64,000 nt of DNA from positions 1,248,001 to 1,312,000 of the forward strand of contig OY762940.1 in the NCBI GenBank assembly GCA_963667255.1. The letters are read 5' to 3'. Under the pieces are notes generated by a model. It was not told where the DNA came from. It made no database searches and saw only the letters and a list, made by a program, of their open reading frames with translations. How positions within the stretch are numbered: position 1 is the first letter of the stretch; every line of letters starts with the position of its first letter. The stretch is from Candidatus Cloacimonadota bacterium (GTDB lineage: Bacteria > Cloacimonadota > Cloacimonadia > G963667145). Positions 33,167-43,956 of this stretch are shown piece after piece. Both the position numbers and the translations under genes were made by a program.

Positions 33167-33589
33167 CTAAATAGTATCGCCCCAAACAGCCAACGGTATC
33201 TCATGACCGACAGCCCGCACATATTCGTGTCCGGTATATTCCGTAATAAAAAACTCCAAGCAAAACACCTCCGACTCAAACAGATGTCCAGCATAAGAGT
33301 TGAAATCTTTGTCGGCAATGTTTATGTGGAGATGAGCGTAAATATCGTCTTCTTTGATAGAGATATTCCCCTCCATAGAGGCAACCTCTATCGGCTCATC
33401 AAAACTCTTATAGTGGTATTTACTACCATCGAAATAGCCAAGCTTCACCTTCTCAAAAGCACCAATTCCGCTAACTTTGGCAAATCTTATTCCCTTGCTT
33501 CTGGCAAAATCCGAGATAGCTTGCACAGCATCCTTGCCAGCTGTAACTCTTCCCGCAAAAACTCTTCCTTGCTTTAGTTCGCTCAACAT
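33167..33589 (-). CDS. DUF296/PPC-domain protein
   Basis: GIGA, E..S..GNI, HLH...D....AGHL. Confidence 0.88.
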   Translation of the reverse strand: MLSELKQGRVFAGRVTAGKDAVQAISDFARSKGIRFAKVSGIGAFEKVKLGYFDGSKYHYKSFDEPIEVASMEGNISIKEDDIYAHLHINIADKDFNSYAGHLFESEVFCLEFFITEYTGHEYVRAVGHEIPLAVWGDTI

Positions 33590-33833
33590 AAATAACCTCC
33601 TATAAAATAGTAAATCAACTGAATTTGTGAGTCCAAGCTAAATCTCACTTCCGTGTTGTCAACTCTTAGTTATCAGGTTTATCTGTGCTTTTGCTCAAAA
33701 TAACTCTGTCAAAAATAATTAGTTACGCCAATCTAACCCTGCTATAACAACACTTCCACAGTATTTTCCCAAAATTAGTAGTTGACAGAAAAGGTGGGAA
33801 TTAATTTTGTCGTCAACATAAAGGTAAAGGTAG

Positions 33834-35168
<1,335 letters not shown>

Positions 35169-35196
35169 TCCATCAATCTCAAATTAAAAAATCTAC

Positions 35197-35234
35197 ATAC
35201 CCTCTGCTTTTTTTAAGTAGAGGGTATTTTTTTT
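35197..35234 (+). terminator. Intrinsic terminator after the first gdh
   Basis: ATACCCTCTGCTT/AAGTAGAGGGTAT stem plus T-run. Confidence 0.85.
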
Positions 35235-35472
35235 AGTAAAAATCTTCTTTTGACTATCTAAGCTATTGCTACAACATACTGACAAATCAGGTTTCTTTTC
35301 TTTATCTCCAAATAACTCCCTTCTTTCCTTGACAAAATTTTAGCAAAACCCATCGTCCGTCACGGCAATCGAAAATTTATATAAAAGTTTTCGGGCGAAA
35401 TTAAAGATTCTTTCAAGGTTTTATTGCATATGATAACGCCTTGAGAAAAAATAAATTAACAGGAAGCAAATT

Positions 35473-36798
35473 ATGAAAAAAATCATTGAAATGCTTAGCA
35501 AAAAACACCCAGGCGAAAACGAATATCTGCAAGCGGTCAGCGAAGTGCTTGGGTCAATCGAGGAATATTACAAAGCAAATCCTCGCTACAAAAAAGCCGG
35601 CATAGCCGAGCGGATTGTTGAGCCGGATAGAATCATTTCGTTCAAGATTCCCTGGGTAGATGACAGCGGTAAAGTGCAAGTGAACATCGGCTATCGTGTG
35701 CAATTCAACAACGCCATAGGTCCCTACAAAGGCGGACTTCGTTTCCATCCTACCGTAAATTTGTCGGTCCTAAAATTTCTCGGATTTGAGCAAATCTTCA
35801 AAAACAGTCTGACCACTCTGCCCATGGGTGGAGCTAAGGGCGGTTCTGATTTCGACCCAAAAGGAAAATCTGACACAGAAATTATGCAGTTTTGCCAATG
35901 TTTCATGCTTGAACTTTGGAGAGTAATCGGTCCGGATACTGATGTCCCCGCTGGAGATATCGGTGTAAGTGGCAAAGAAATCGCTTATTTATTCGGAATG
36001 TATAAAAAGCTCACAGGCAAACACACCGGTGTGCTCACAGGCAAAGGCTTAGGCTGGGGTGGTTCACTCATCCGTCCGGAAGCGACAGGCTATGGTGCTA
36101 TCTACTTCGTGCAAGATGTCCTCAAAATGAAAAACGAAACAATCAAAGGCAAAACCATTACCGTGTCAGGTTTTGGTAATGTTGCTTGGGGTGCAGTGAA
36201 AAAAGCTGACGAACTCGGTGGAAAAGTGGTAACTATATCCGGTCCTGATGGCTATATTTACGACCCCGATGGTATTTCTGGGGAAAAAATCGACTATCTC
36301 TTGGAACTCCGTGCTACCAACAACGATGTGGTAGAGCCATTCGCCAAAAAATTTGGTGCAAAGTTCATTCCGAACAAACACCCATGGGAAGTGAAATGCG
36401 ACATCGCTCTCCCCTGTGCCTGTGAAAACGAACTCAACGAAGAAGATGCCAACAACCTCGTGAAGAACGGAGCAATGCTCGTTGCAGAGGTTTCCAACAT
36501 GGGCTCGACTCCAGAGGCTATAGAGACTTTCCAAAAAAATAAACTCACCTACGCTCCGGGAAAAGCTGTGAACGCAGGTGGTGTAGCCGTGTCAGGCTTG
36601 GAAATGACTCAAAACTCCATGCACATCGGCTGGAGTAGAGAAGAAGTGGACGCCAAACTCCACGAAATTATGTCCAGCATCCACGAAACTTGTGTAAAAT
36701 ACGGAAAAGAAGGCGACTTCGTCAACTACCTCAAAGGTGCCAATGTCGGCGGATTTATCAAGGTCGCTGAAGCAATGCTTGACCAAGGTCCTATATGA
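35473..36798 (+). CDS. gdh: Glutamate dehydrogenase, NAD-specific (Clostridium symbiosum-like) type
   Basis: Same core motifs, but GFGNVAWG and SGPDG in the cofactor domain. Confidence 0.93.
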   Translation: MKKIIEMLSKKHPGENEYLQAVSEVLGSIEEYYKANPRYKKAGIAERIVEPDRIISFKIPWVDDSGKVQVNIGYRVQFNNAIGPYKGGLRFHPTVNLSVLKFLGFEQIFKNSLTTLPMGGAKGGSDFDPKGKSDTEIMQFCQCFMLELWRVIGPDTDVPAGDIGVSGKEIAYLFGMYKKLTGKHTGVLTGKGLGWGGSLIRPEATGYGAIYFVQDVLKMKNETIKGKTITVSGFGNVAWGAVKKADELGGKVVTISGPDGYIYDPDGISGEKIDYLLELRATNNDVVEPFAKKFGAKFIPNKHPWEVKCDIALPCACENELNEEDANNLVKNGAMLVAEVSNMGSTPEAIETFQKNKLTYAPGKAVNAGGVAVSGLEMTQNSMHIGWSREEVDAKLHEIMSSIHETCVKYGKEGDFVNYLKGANVGGFIKVAEAMLDQGPI

Positions 36799-36837
36799 TA
36801 TCATTCTGACTAACATATTTAAAATAAATAATTTCAC

Positions 36838-36873
36838 AATACCCTTTGTCCTCAGAAGACGGAGGGTATTTTT
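36838..36873 (+). terminator. Intrinsic terminator after the second gdh
   Basis: AATACCCTTTGTC/GACGGAGGGTATT stem plus T-run. Confidence 0.8.
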
Positions 36874-37044
36874 ATATAAAGACCATTTTTACAAATAGAA
36901 TTTCATCCCAAAATACCCTTAGATCCCGCTCCTCAAAAGCAAAAAAAAAGAAAAACACCTTGACACTAAGTTTACCAAATATACAAAAGGAGCGTCCGAG
37001 AGGATATTTAAAATTTAACAAACAAAAAAAAGGAGAGAATTAGT

Positions 37045-38301
37045 ATGAAAAAACTAATCGTACTTAGTTTGATCGCTCTTTTTGCGATCGGAAATTTGCT
37101 GGCTGTTGATGTAAGCTACTCAGGTACTATACGTGCTAGAGGTGGTATGGTGCTAAATGATAACTACGATAAAGATGCTAGCACAGCTACATGGAAAAGT
37201 CAAAGATTAAGACTTTACATGACAGGAGAGGCTGAAAACGGGGTAAAGTTTGTTACTCGTTTCAGATTGACCAACGGTGACCCTTCTAATAATGTTAGTA
37301 CAGTTGATAAGGAAGAATTTAATGTAGACAGAGCTTATTTAGTAATTCCTGACGCTTTCTTGGGCTTTACCGTTACTGCAGGTTATCAACCATTTTATGC
37401 TAAAAACGGCATGATTATTGATGCTACCTATTTTGGTTACAACTTCGCTAGATCTTTCGGTGATGCTTCTGTAGCTTTCGGTGGTTTTACTGTTAGCAAT
37501 GGTACATCTACTCAAGCATCTAGTTATGGTGCTACTGACGCAGATGATGTTTCTCATGCTTTGATGGCTGATTTAGCAGTGAATAATGTTGGACCTGGTA
37601 CTCTCGGTCTTGATATTATCGCTCAAACAAATGTAACTGTAACTGGCTACAAAAAAGCTAACTACTACTGGATTTCTCCTTGGTATAATATGGTTTCTGG
37701 AGATTTCTCTGTAAATATCAACCCTGTAATCTTGACTGGTGGTTATGATGCTACTACAGGTTCTACCAACAAAAATGTTAGCGGTTCTGTTTTTGCTCTT
37801 ATCGTAAAACCAAGCTACACTCTTGCCTCTACCGGTACTTCTTTCGGTGGCGATGTTCTCTATATCCAAGGTAAAAAATCTACCGATACAGATAAGCTCA
37901 GTTGGAAAGGAATAAATACTTTCTATTGTTCAGGTCTTGAATATTTTGGTGCTGCTAACGAAATTGACCACTATGGTTGTATTGGTAATATAGTAACCGA
38001 TCAAGGTCAAATATCTATAGCTGTTAATGCTAATCAACCTCTTACCTCTGCTCTTACTTTACACTTTGCTGCAGGTTATGTAATGACTGCTGAAGATGTT
38101 ACTTTGGCTGATGGCAAAAAAGACAATGTTCTCGGTACAGAAATTGACCTCGGTCTTAGATGGGCTGTAAAAGAGAATGTAACTTGGAAATTCACCGGTG
38201 CTTATGTAATTCCTGGCGATGCTACTACAAAAACTACCAGTGCAACTGCCAAAGACGATGCTCTTACTTCTCTTACTACCTATCTTGAATATGCATTCTA
38301 A
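37045..38301 (+). CDS. Major outer-membrane porin-like beta-barrel
   Basis: Signal peptide, amphipathic strands, VDRAYL and LGTEIDL motifs, terminal YLEYAF; own promoter and terminator; strongly T-ending codons. Confidence 0.8.
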   Translation: MKKLIVLSLIALFAIGNLLAVDVSYSGTIRARGGMVLNDNYDKDASTATWKSQRLRLYMTGEAENGVKFVTRFRLTNGDPSNNVSTVDKEEFNVDRAYLVIPDAFLGFTVTAGYQPFYAKNGMIIDATYFGYNFARSFGDASVAFGGFTVSNGTSTQASSYGATDADDVSHALMADLAVNNVGPGTLGLDIIAQTNVTVTGYKKANYYWISPWYNMVSGDFSVNINPVILTGGYDATTGSTNKNVSGSVFALIVKPSYTLASTGTSFGGDVLYIQGKKSTDTDKLSWKGINTFYCSGLEYFGAANEIDHYGCIGNIVTDQGQISIAVNANQPLTSALTLHFAAGYVMTAEDVTLADGKKDNVLGTEIDLGLRWAVKENVTWKFTGAYVIPGDATTKTTSATAKDDALTSLTTYLEYAF

Positions 38302-38321
38302 GATTGTTTAGACAAAATTAT

Positions 38322-38354
38322 AAAGACTCTTTCTTCGGAGAGAGTCTTTTTTTT
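38322..38354 (+). terminator. Strong intrinsic terminator with cUUCGg tetraloop
   Basis: AAAGACTCTTTC-TTCG-GAGAGAGTCTTT plus T-run. Confidence 0.9.
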
Positions 38355-38434
38355 ATGTGAAAATCGTATTCTGTGTTTGACAAATTAACAACTTGTATGC
38401 TTTCTACATTCCAGTGTTTTCGAGGAGGAATAAA

Positions 38435-39058
38435 TTGCAACAAATTCAGATTTTATTGTTAAGAAGATTGTCGAGATATCTGCTCATCCTAAAGGACAAA
38501 AGAGCTAAAGGAGAAAAGATAATCTCTTCTGCCACTCTCGGCTCTCTCACATCTACGCACTGCTCACAAGTCCGCAGAGATATGGGCACTATCGGCGTAG
38601 TAGGTCAGCCACGAGTTGGCACGATCATCAGCGATATTATACGGGCTATTGAGGATTTTTTGGGCATTAATACCATCAGTTCCGCTTTTTTGATAGGTGT
38701 TGGCAACATCGGCAAGGCTCTGCTCAAGTCGGAAAACCAAAACACAGGCGTGGAGATTTTGGCGGGATTTGACACCGACATCAGTCTCTTCGACACCAAG
38801 ATAAACAAAATCAAGATTTATCCTTTGGAGAAATTTGCCCAGCTTACCCAAAAAATGGGCGTGCAAATCGGCATCATCTGCACACCGGCTACAGTGGCAC
38901 AAGAGACAGCAGACTTGATGGTCTCCTCTGGCATCAAGGGAATATGGAATTTCACTCCGATCAAGCTGGAAGTTCCCGATAATATCTTCGTAGAAACCGT
39001 AAATCTCTACTCGGGACTCACTGTCCTCTCGTGGTTAGTATCCAGCAACAAGGAATGA
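38435..39058 (+). CDS. rex: Redox-sensing transcriptional repressor Rex
   Basis: RRL..Y, ISS..L, QVRRD, GVGNIGKAL, AQ..AD.M...GIKGIWNF.P; TTG start at 38435 after SD GAGGAGG. Confidence 0.9.
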   Translation: MQQIQILLLRRLSRYLLILKDKRAKGEKIISSATLGSLTSTHCSQVRRDMGTIGVVGQPRVGTIISDIIRAIEDFLGINTISSAFLIGVGNIGKALLKSENQNTGVEILAGFDTDISLFDTKINKIKIYPLEKFAQLTQKMGVQIGIICTPATVAQETADLMVSSGIKGIWNFTPIKLEVPDNIFVETVNLYSGLTVLSWLVSSNKE

Positions 39059-39154
39059 TTTTTTTTTAGCTCTCCCCAACACCAAAGTAAGACGATTATC
39101 TTGACATTTGGCAATCAGAAAGTTTCTTGTAAGAAAATCTAATCGGGAACTAAT

Positions 39155-40840
39155 ATGAACTGGAAATCTTATAGTTTGGGATGTCTTACCTCTTTTGTCT
39201 TCTTATTTTTATTCATCGCCGTCTTGCTTGTGAGCGGATTTTTCGTGTTTAGGTCTATACAAAACAAAACAAAAAAAGAGATAAAAAACAACTCGTATCT
39301 GCTGTTGGATTTGGATAGAGAGTTGGAAGAGTATCAAACAAGCCCAAATTTATTTCACGACAAGGACACACCCTTGGCAATGAACGCCCTAAGAAAAAAG
39401 CTGTTCTCTGCTATTCACGACAAGGCAATCGACGGAATAATCGTCAAACTCTCGGGAATCTCCCCTCTCTCCTATGCTCAAGCCGACGAACTGGTTTACT
39501 GCCTGCAATCTTTCCAAAAAGTGTCCAGCAAAAAGGTGCTATCTTACGCCTATTTCTGCACCGATACAAAATTTTTGGTAGCCTCCTGCACAGACAAAAT
39601 CTATCTCAATCCATCGGCTTCAGCGGGAATTTCCTTGCTTGGTTTCAGCACAAAAAGGCTCTATATGAAGTCCCTTTTGGACAAAATCGGCATAGATGTG
39701 AGCGTAATCCGTGTCGGCAACTACAAATCTTACGGCGAAGTTTTTACCAAAAATAAAGCAAGCGATGAGAGTATCTCCGAGAACAAAAAAGTTTATGGGG
39801 AGTTCTTCGACCGCTACCAAAAGCAATTGGCAGAAAATTTGGATGTGCCTCTGTCAAAAATAAACAAAATTTTTGCCGACACTTCCACTATGATTATCGG
39901 CGGAGAAAATGCTCTCTACTTGGTTGACTCCTTGGCGTATTACCAAGATTTCCTCACAAACAACAACATAAAAAATGTCGTGAATATCGAGGAATACAAG
40001 CCTGCCTATGAGATTGCCGATAACGAAAACAAGGTTGCCGTTGTTTATTTGTCCGGTTCGATAAACAATGACGGCAACAAGTTGGAACAAAATATAGAGT
40101 TTGAGTCCACAAAAGAGATTTTTGAGAAAATAGAGAAAAATCCTGAAATCAAAGCTGTCGTCGTGCGGATAACATCGCCGGGTGGCAGTGCCCTTGTCTC
40201 GCATCTGATAGCGGGGCAAATCATCAAAAAATGCAAACTCCCCGTGGTAATCTCCATGGGTGCTGTTGCTGCCTCGGGTGGCTACTATTTGGCATCGTCC
40301 GCTGACTATATCTTTGCCGAGCCCTACACTATCACCGGCTCTATCGGCGTGTTTGCCCTTCTGCCCAATGCGAATAAACTTAGTAAAAAAATTGGGGTAA
40401 ATTACAGCGGTATCAGCTTCGGGCAATTTTCGGAAAGCATCGATATTTTTAATCCGCAATCGCCAAAAACCGTAAACGCTATCCAAAAGCATATCAACGG
40501 TGTTTACGAAGAGTTTTGCGGTTTCGTAGCCGAAAACAGAAACATCCCTCTATCTACTGTCAAAAATTTGGCACAAGGGAAAATTTACACAGCGTCTCAA
40601 GCCAAGTCGGTAAAATTGGTGGACGAAGTAGGTTATCTCGAGGATGCAATACTGAAAGCAAATCAACTGGCAAACATCGAAACATCAAAACCAGTATTTT
40701 ATCCAGACGAGAAAGATTGGTGGAAATCAATTTTTAGGAATAAACTGGGGAAAGTCCCCTTTTTGCGACTATTCTTGGAAACACACTCCGTTTTGCAATC
40801 GGAAGATTTTGTCCAAGCGAGAATAGACGATGCGATTTAG
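39155..40840 (+). CDS. sppA: Signal peptide peptidase SppA (67K type)
   Basis: G.YKS.GE, SPGGS, SMG..AASGGY, TITGSIGV. Confidence 0.93.
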   Translation: MNWKSYSLGCLTSFVFLFLFIAVLLVSGFFVFRSIQNKTKKEIKNNSYLLLDLDRELEEYQTSPNLFHDKDTPLAMNALRKKLFSAIHDKAIDGIIVKLSGISPLSYAQADELVYCLQSFQKVSSKKVLSYAYFCTDTKFLVASCTDKIYLNPSASAGISLLGFSTKRLYMKSLLDKIGIDVSVIRVGNYKSYGEVFTKNKASDESISENKKVYGEFFDRYQKQLAENLDVPLSKINKIFADTSTMIIGGENALYLVDSLAYYQDFLTNNNIKNVVNIEEYKPAYEIADNENKVAVVYLSGSINNDGNKLEQNIEFESTKEIFEKIEKNPEIKAVVVRITSPGGSALVSHLIAGQIIKKCKLPVVISMGAVAASGGYYLASSADYIFAEPYTITGSIGVFALLPNANKLSKKIGVNYSGISFGQFSESIDIFNPQSPKTVNAIQKHINGVYEEFCGFVAENRNIPLSTVKNLAQGKIYTASQAKSVKLVDEVGYLEDAILKANQLANIETSKPVFYPDEKDWWKSIFRNKLGKVPFLRLFLETHSVLQSEDFVQARIDDAI

Positions 40841-41750
40841 ACTGCTGATTATCTTGGCTTTGCTCCCCGTGGTTGCCTTGGCTATCAACAAAGAAGAGTA
40901 TGGGCAATTTAAACAAACCATCAACTCCTCTCATCCGAGAAGTTATTTCGCTCCCGCTAATTTTGGCAATGAGGAAAATTTTGTCTTTGAGGGAAGAATA
41001 TCTGACCACTATTTCATCAATTTTCGCCGTAATGCAAACTGGGCAGCAGATGCTGATATCTCTATCACACTCAGAATGTTAGACAAAGAGTCTGTTCCGA
41101 TTTATACTCCGAGTTACAACCCAGGTATCAATATTTATCACTTCTCCACTCCAAAATTTTTGAACGAAGAAAACTTTATCAACGCTATCGGTTTCTACCA
41201 CTACTCAAACGGGCAAAACGGAGAGTTTTACAACGAAGACGGCAGTATAAATTATAAAACCGGTAATTTTTCTACAAATTATATCTCAATCAAAAATTTC
41301 TCTCTCTTCAGAGACCCAAAAAGGAATTTTGTCAAAGCTGTTTGGGGCTCCGAGTTGCAAATCTTCGTCGGCACTTACAGCAAAATGCGACCGCTCTACC
41401 CTAAGGCTCGACTTAATCTCTCCTGCGAAACATTGATAACCAATTTCCGCAAAGGATTTAATCTCTTCTACAATAAGGACAGCGATATTTATGATGAAGA
41501 AAAATTTACTTTACACAGGCTCAAAATCAATTTGGGATTCTTTTTCGGATATATGAGAGACACGAATTTTGAAGACAGGTTTACTGTAGAGCTAACTAAC
41601 TCTTTTAAACCGAAATGGTTGGACGATTTTTCTTTCTTCCTAAAGTATTACTATGGAAGAGATTATTACAATATTCATTTTACGGAAAAACTTTCGCAAA
41701 TTTCTTTCGGCATTATGGCTGATAACTTTATTTTTAGGAGCGACAAATGA
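40830..41750 (+). CDS. Outer-membrane phospholipase A (OMPLA)-like protein
   Basis: Signal peptide; P..TPSYNPG, H-Y-S-N-G-Q catalytic-like motif, YYYG.DYYN, C-terminal ISFGIM strand. Confidence 0.55.
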   Translation: MRFRLLIILALLPVVALAINKEEYGQFKQTINSSHPRSYFAPANFGNEENFVFEGRISDHYFINFRRNANWAADADISITLRMLDKESVPIYTPSYNPGINIYHFSTPKFLNEENFINAIGFYHYSNGQNGEFYNEDGSINYKTGNFSTNYISIKNFSLFRDPKRNFVKAVWGSELQIFVGTYSKMRPLYPKARLNLSCETLITNFRKGFNLFYNKDSDIYDEEKFTLHRLKINLGFFFGYMRDTNFEDRFTVELTNSFKPKWLDDFSFFLKYYYGRDYYNIHFTEKLSQISFGIMADNFIFRSDK

Positions 41751-43081
41751 TAAAACCATCAACAGTCCCTGGAACTATGGAGCTACTCCCCGCTCAACAA
41801 TTGGCTTTTGATAAGATGATAGACACAATAAAAAAATGCTACCAAAATTCCGGCTATACACCTCTGGAAACTCCACTGATGGAAAAATCGGAAATCTTGC
41901 TCACAAAAAGTGGTGGCGAGACCGAGAAACAAATTTACTTTGCCGTTCCCACAGGCTCTCTCGGAGAGACTGAACAATTGCCTAAATACGCTCTCAGATT
42001 TGACCTCACTGTTCCTCTTGCCCGTTTTGTCGCTCAGCACGAAAACGATTTGTCGTTCCCCTTCAAAAGATACCAAATCCAGAGGGTTTACCGTGGCGAG
42101 TCCGCACAAAAGGGTCGCTACAGGGAGTTCTATCAATGCGATGTGGACATCATCGGCAAAGACAACCTCTCCATCGCCTACGATGCGGAATTAATCGCTC
42201 TCATCTACAGAGTTTTCACCGCCTTGCAGATTGGCAAATTTACCATCCAAATCAACAGCCGCAAACTATTCAAGGGTTTATTCCAATCACTTGACATTGA
42301 TGAAGAAACCACAAAATTAGTGATGAGAGAGATAGATAAATTGGAGAAAATCGGCGAAGAGAAAGTAAAAACTTCTCTACAAACTTGGCTCTCTTCGGAG
42401 CAAACCGAAAAGATTTTCGCATTTCTCAACATCAAAAACTCTACAAATCCTCTTCAGGAATTGGAAAAATTTGCCCCTAACAACCAAATTTTTGCCGAGG
42501 GGAAGCAAGAGTTAGAGAAAATTTGGGAAATATTGAAATATTACGAATTAAAAAGCGACTTCTTCCAGTTCAACCCCTGCATCGCCAGAGGGCTGGACTA
42601 CTACACATCTACAGTGATAGAGACCTCGCTGGACGAACACCCGCAAATCGGAAGCATCTGCTCGGGCGGTCGCTACGAAAACTTGGCTACGCACTACACC
42701 AAATCTTCCTTACCCGGCGTTGGTATCTCCATCGGAGCTACCCGACTCTTTTACCAATTGGACGCTCTCGGGCTGATAAATTATCCCGAAAACTCCTCAG
42801 CTTCCGTAATGATAGCTTGTTTGGATGAAAAATATCTCGCTGAATATATCCAAATAAACAAAATCTTACTTGAAAACAACATCTCCAATTTCGTCTATTG
42901 GCAAGCGGACAAACTAAAAAAACAGTTCAAATTTGCTGACAAATCAAAAGTAAAATTCTTGCTTATGATAGGCGAAGAGGAACAAAAAAACGAAGAAATT
43001 ACCGTCAAAAATCTGGAAACAGGCGAACAGAATAATGTTAAATTTGGGGAAATCGCAAAATATCTATTAAATTATTTATAA
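41747..43081 (+). CDS. hisS: Histidine--tRNA ligase
   Basis: LRFDLTVP, GRYREFYQCDVD, ARGLDYYT, GGRY, G.SIG..RL. Confidence 0.97.
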   Translation: MIKPSTVPGTMELLPAQQLAFDKMIDTIKKCYQNSGYTPLETPLMEKSEILLTKSGGETEKQIYFAVPTGSLGETEQLPKYALRFDLTVPLARFVAQHENDLSFPFKRYQIQRVYRGESAQKGRYREFYQCDVDIIGKDNLSIAYDAELIALIYRVFTALQIGKFTIQINSRKLFKGLFQSLDIDEETTKLVMREIDKLEKIGEEKVKTSLQTWLSSEQTEKIFAFLNIKNSTNPLQELEKFAPNNQIFAEGKQELEKIWEILKYYELKSDFFQFNPCIARGLDYYTSTVIETSLDEHPQIGSICSGGRYENLATHYTKSSLPGVGISIGATRLFYQLDALGLINYPENSSASVMIACLDEKYLAEYIQINKILLENNISNFVYWQADKLKKQFKFADKSKVKFLLMIGEEEQKNEEITVKNLETGEQNNVKFGEIAKYLLNYL

Positions 43082-43782
43082 AAAATTAGTCCCACAGATA
43101 ACCAAAATGTTTTGTTTTTGAAGGTTTTATTCTCTAATAAAGCACTCTTGGAATTTATAGTTACCTCTTTTAAACCCAAATCATAGCGAAATTCCAAGAA
43201 TAATCTCTCTTTGTATTTCACTCCCACACCAGCAACGACCCCATAATCGTAATTGTCTATTTGCATCAAACTTCCGTGCGAACCATTGCCACTAGTGCTG
43301 TTAGTAATATAGGATGCCGAAAAGAGATACGAGTATTGCGGACCACCAAAAAGATAATAGCTGATATCTTTCAGCCTGTCTGTTCCTACACAAAAAAGCA
43401 ACGGAATTTCTATGTAGCTTAAATTGACTTCGCTATTAATCTCTGTACTTTCTCCCGTATATTCATCATATCCTGCCCTTTCAACACAAAATCCTTTATA
43501 TGCATAAAGACATTCAAGTCGCACTACGGAATATTGGGTAAAAGGCTTCTCAAAAAGAGCTCCGGCGGTAAAAAAAAATTTTGTTTTCTCTTCGGTAACA
43601 GTATATACTAATTTCGAGCTGGAAATTCCTCCTCCACCTATCAGACCGAAGGCAGCATCTGTCCTCTCGTTAAGTCGGACATATTTAGACCCAAAAGGAA
43701 CCGGTATATCTTTTATCTCTCTACCCGGCAACGCTCCGCAAACAAGCAACGCAACCAAGCAGACAAAAAATCTTCTATTCAT
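43072..43782 (-). CDS. Outer-membrane beta-barrel (PorT/OMP_b-brl_2-like) protein
   Basis: Signal peptide, L.YIEIPL, GGPQYSYL, DYG...G.G, E.RY.LGL, LSVG. Confidence 0.75.
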   Translation of the reverse strand: MNRRFFVCLVALLVCGALPGREIKDIPVPFGSKYVRLNERTDAAFGLIGGGGISSSKLVYTVTEEKTKFFFTAGALFEKPFTQYSVVRLECLYAYKGFCVERAGYDEYTGESTEINSEVNLSYIEIPLLFCVGTDRLKDISYYLFGGPQYSYLFSASYITNSTSGNGSHGSLMQIDNYDYGVVAGVGVKYKERLFLEFRYDLGLKEVTINSKSALLENKTFKNKTFWLSVGLIFYK

Positions 43783-43956
43783 CTAACCTCAAAATTATTG
43801 TAATGCGAGTTAATCAACTCTACAAAACATCTATGGAACAAACAAGATTTAGATTAAACGGTTGTCCAATCTGTCAAAATATTTTCGCTTAAATTTCTCT
43901 TGTCAATCTGTTCGCTTATTTTTTTTTAACGGGAAATTATCTTACAAGGAGAAAAG

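Noticed and set aside
35360..35446. Calling the gdh leader a c-di-GMP-I or glutamine (glnA) riboswitch
   Set aside because: It lacks the GNRA tetraloop/receptor and the CGUUCA...GGAAGUA cores; kept only as an unnamed structured leader
38393..38434. Rex start at 38393
   Set aside because: It lies within the promoter spacer; SD GAGGAGG points to TTG at 38435
43790..43950. Moco riboswitch or direct repeats (TGTC(C)AATCTGT, TTCGCTTA twice) before the Mo enzyme
   Set aside because: No Moco-motif stems; the repeats are short, AT-rich and partly explained by TTGACA boxes of the divergent gene
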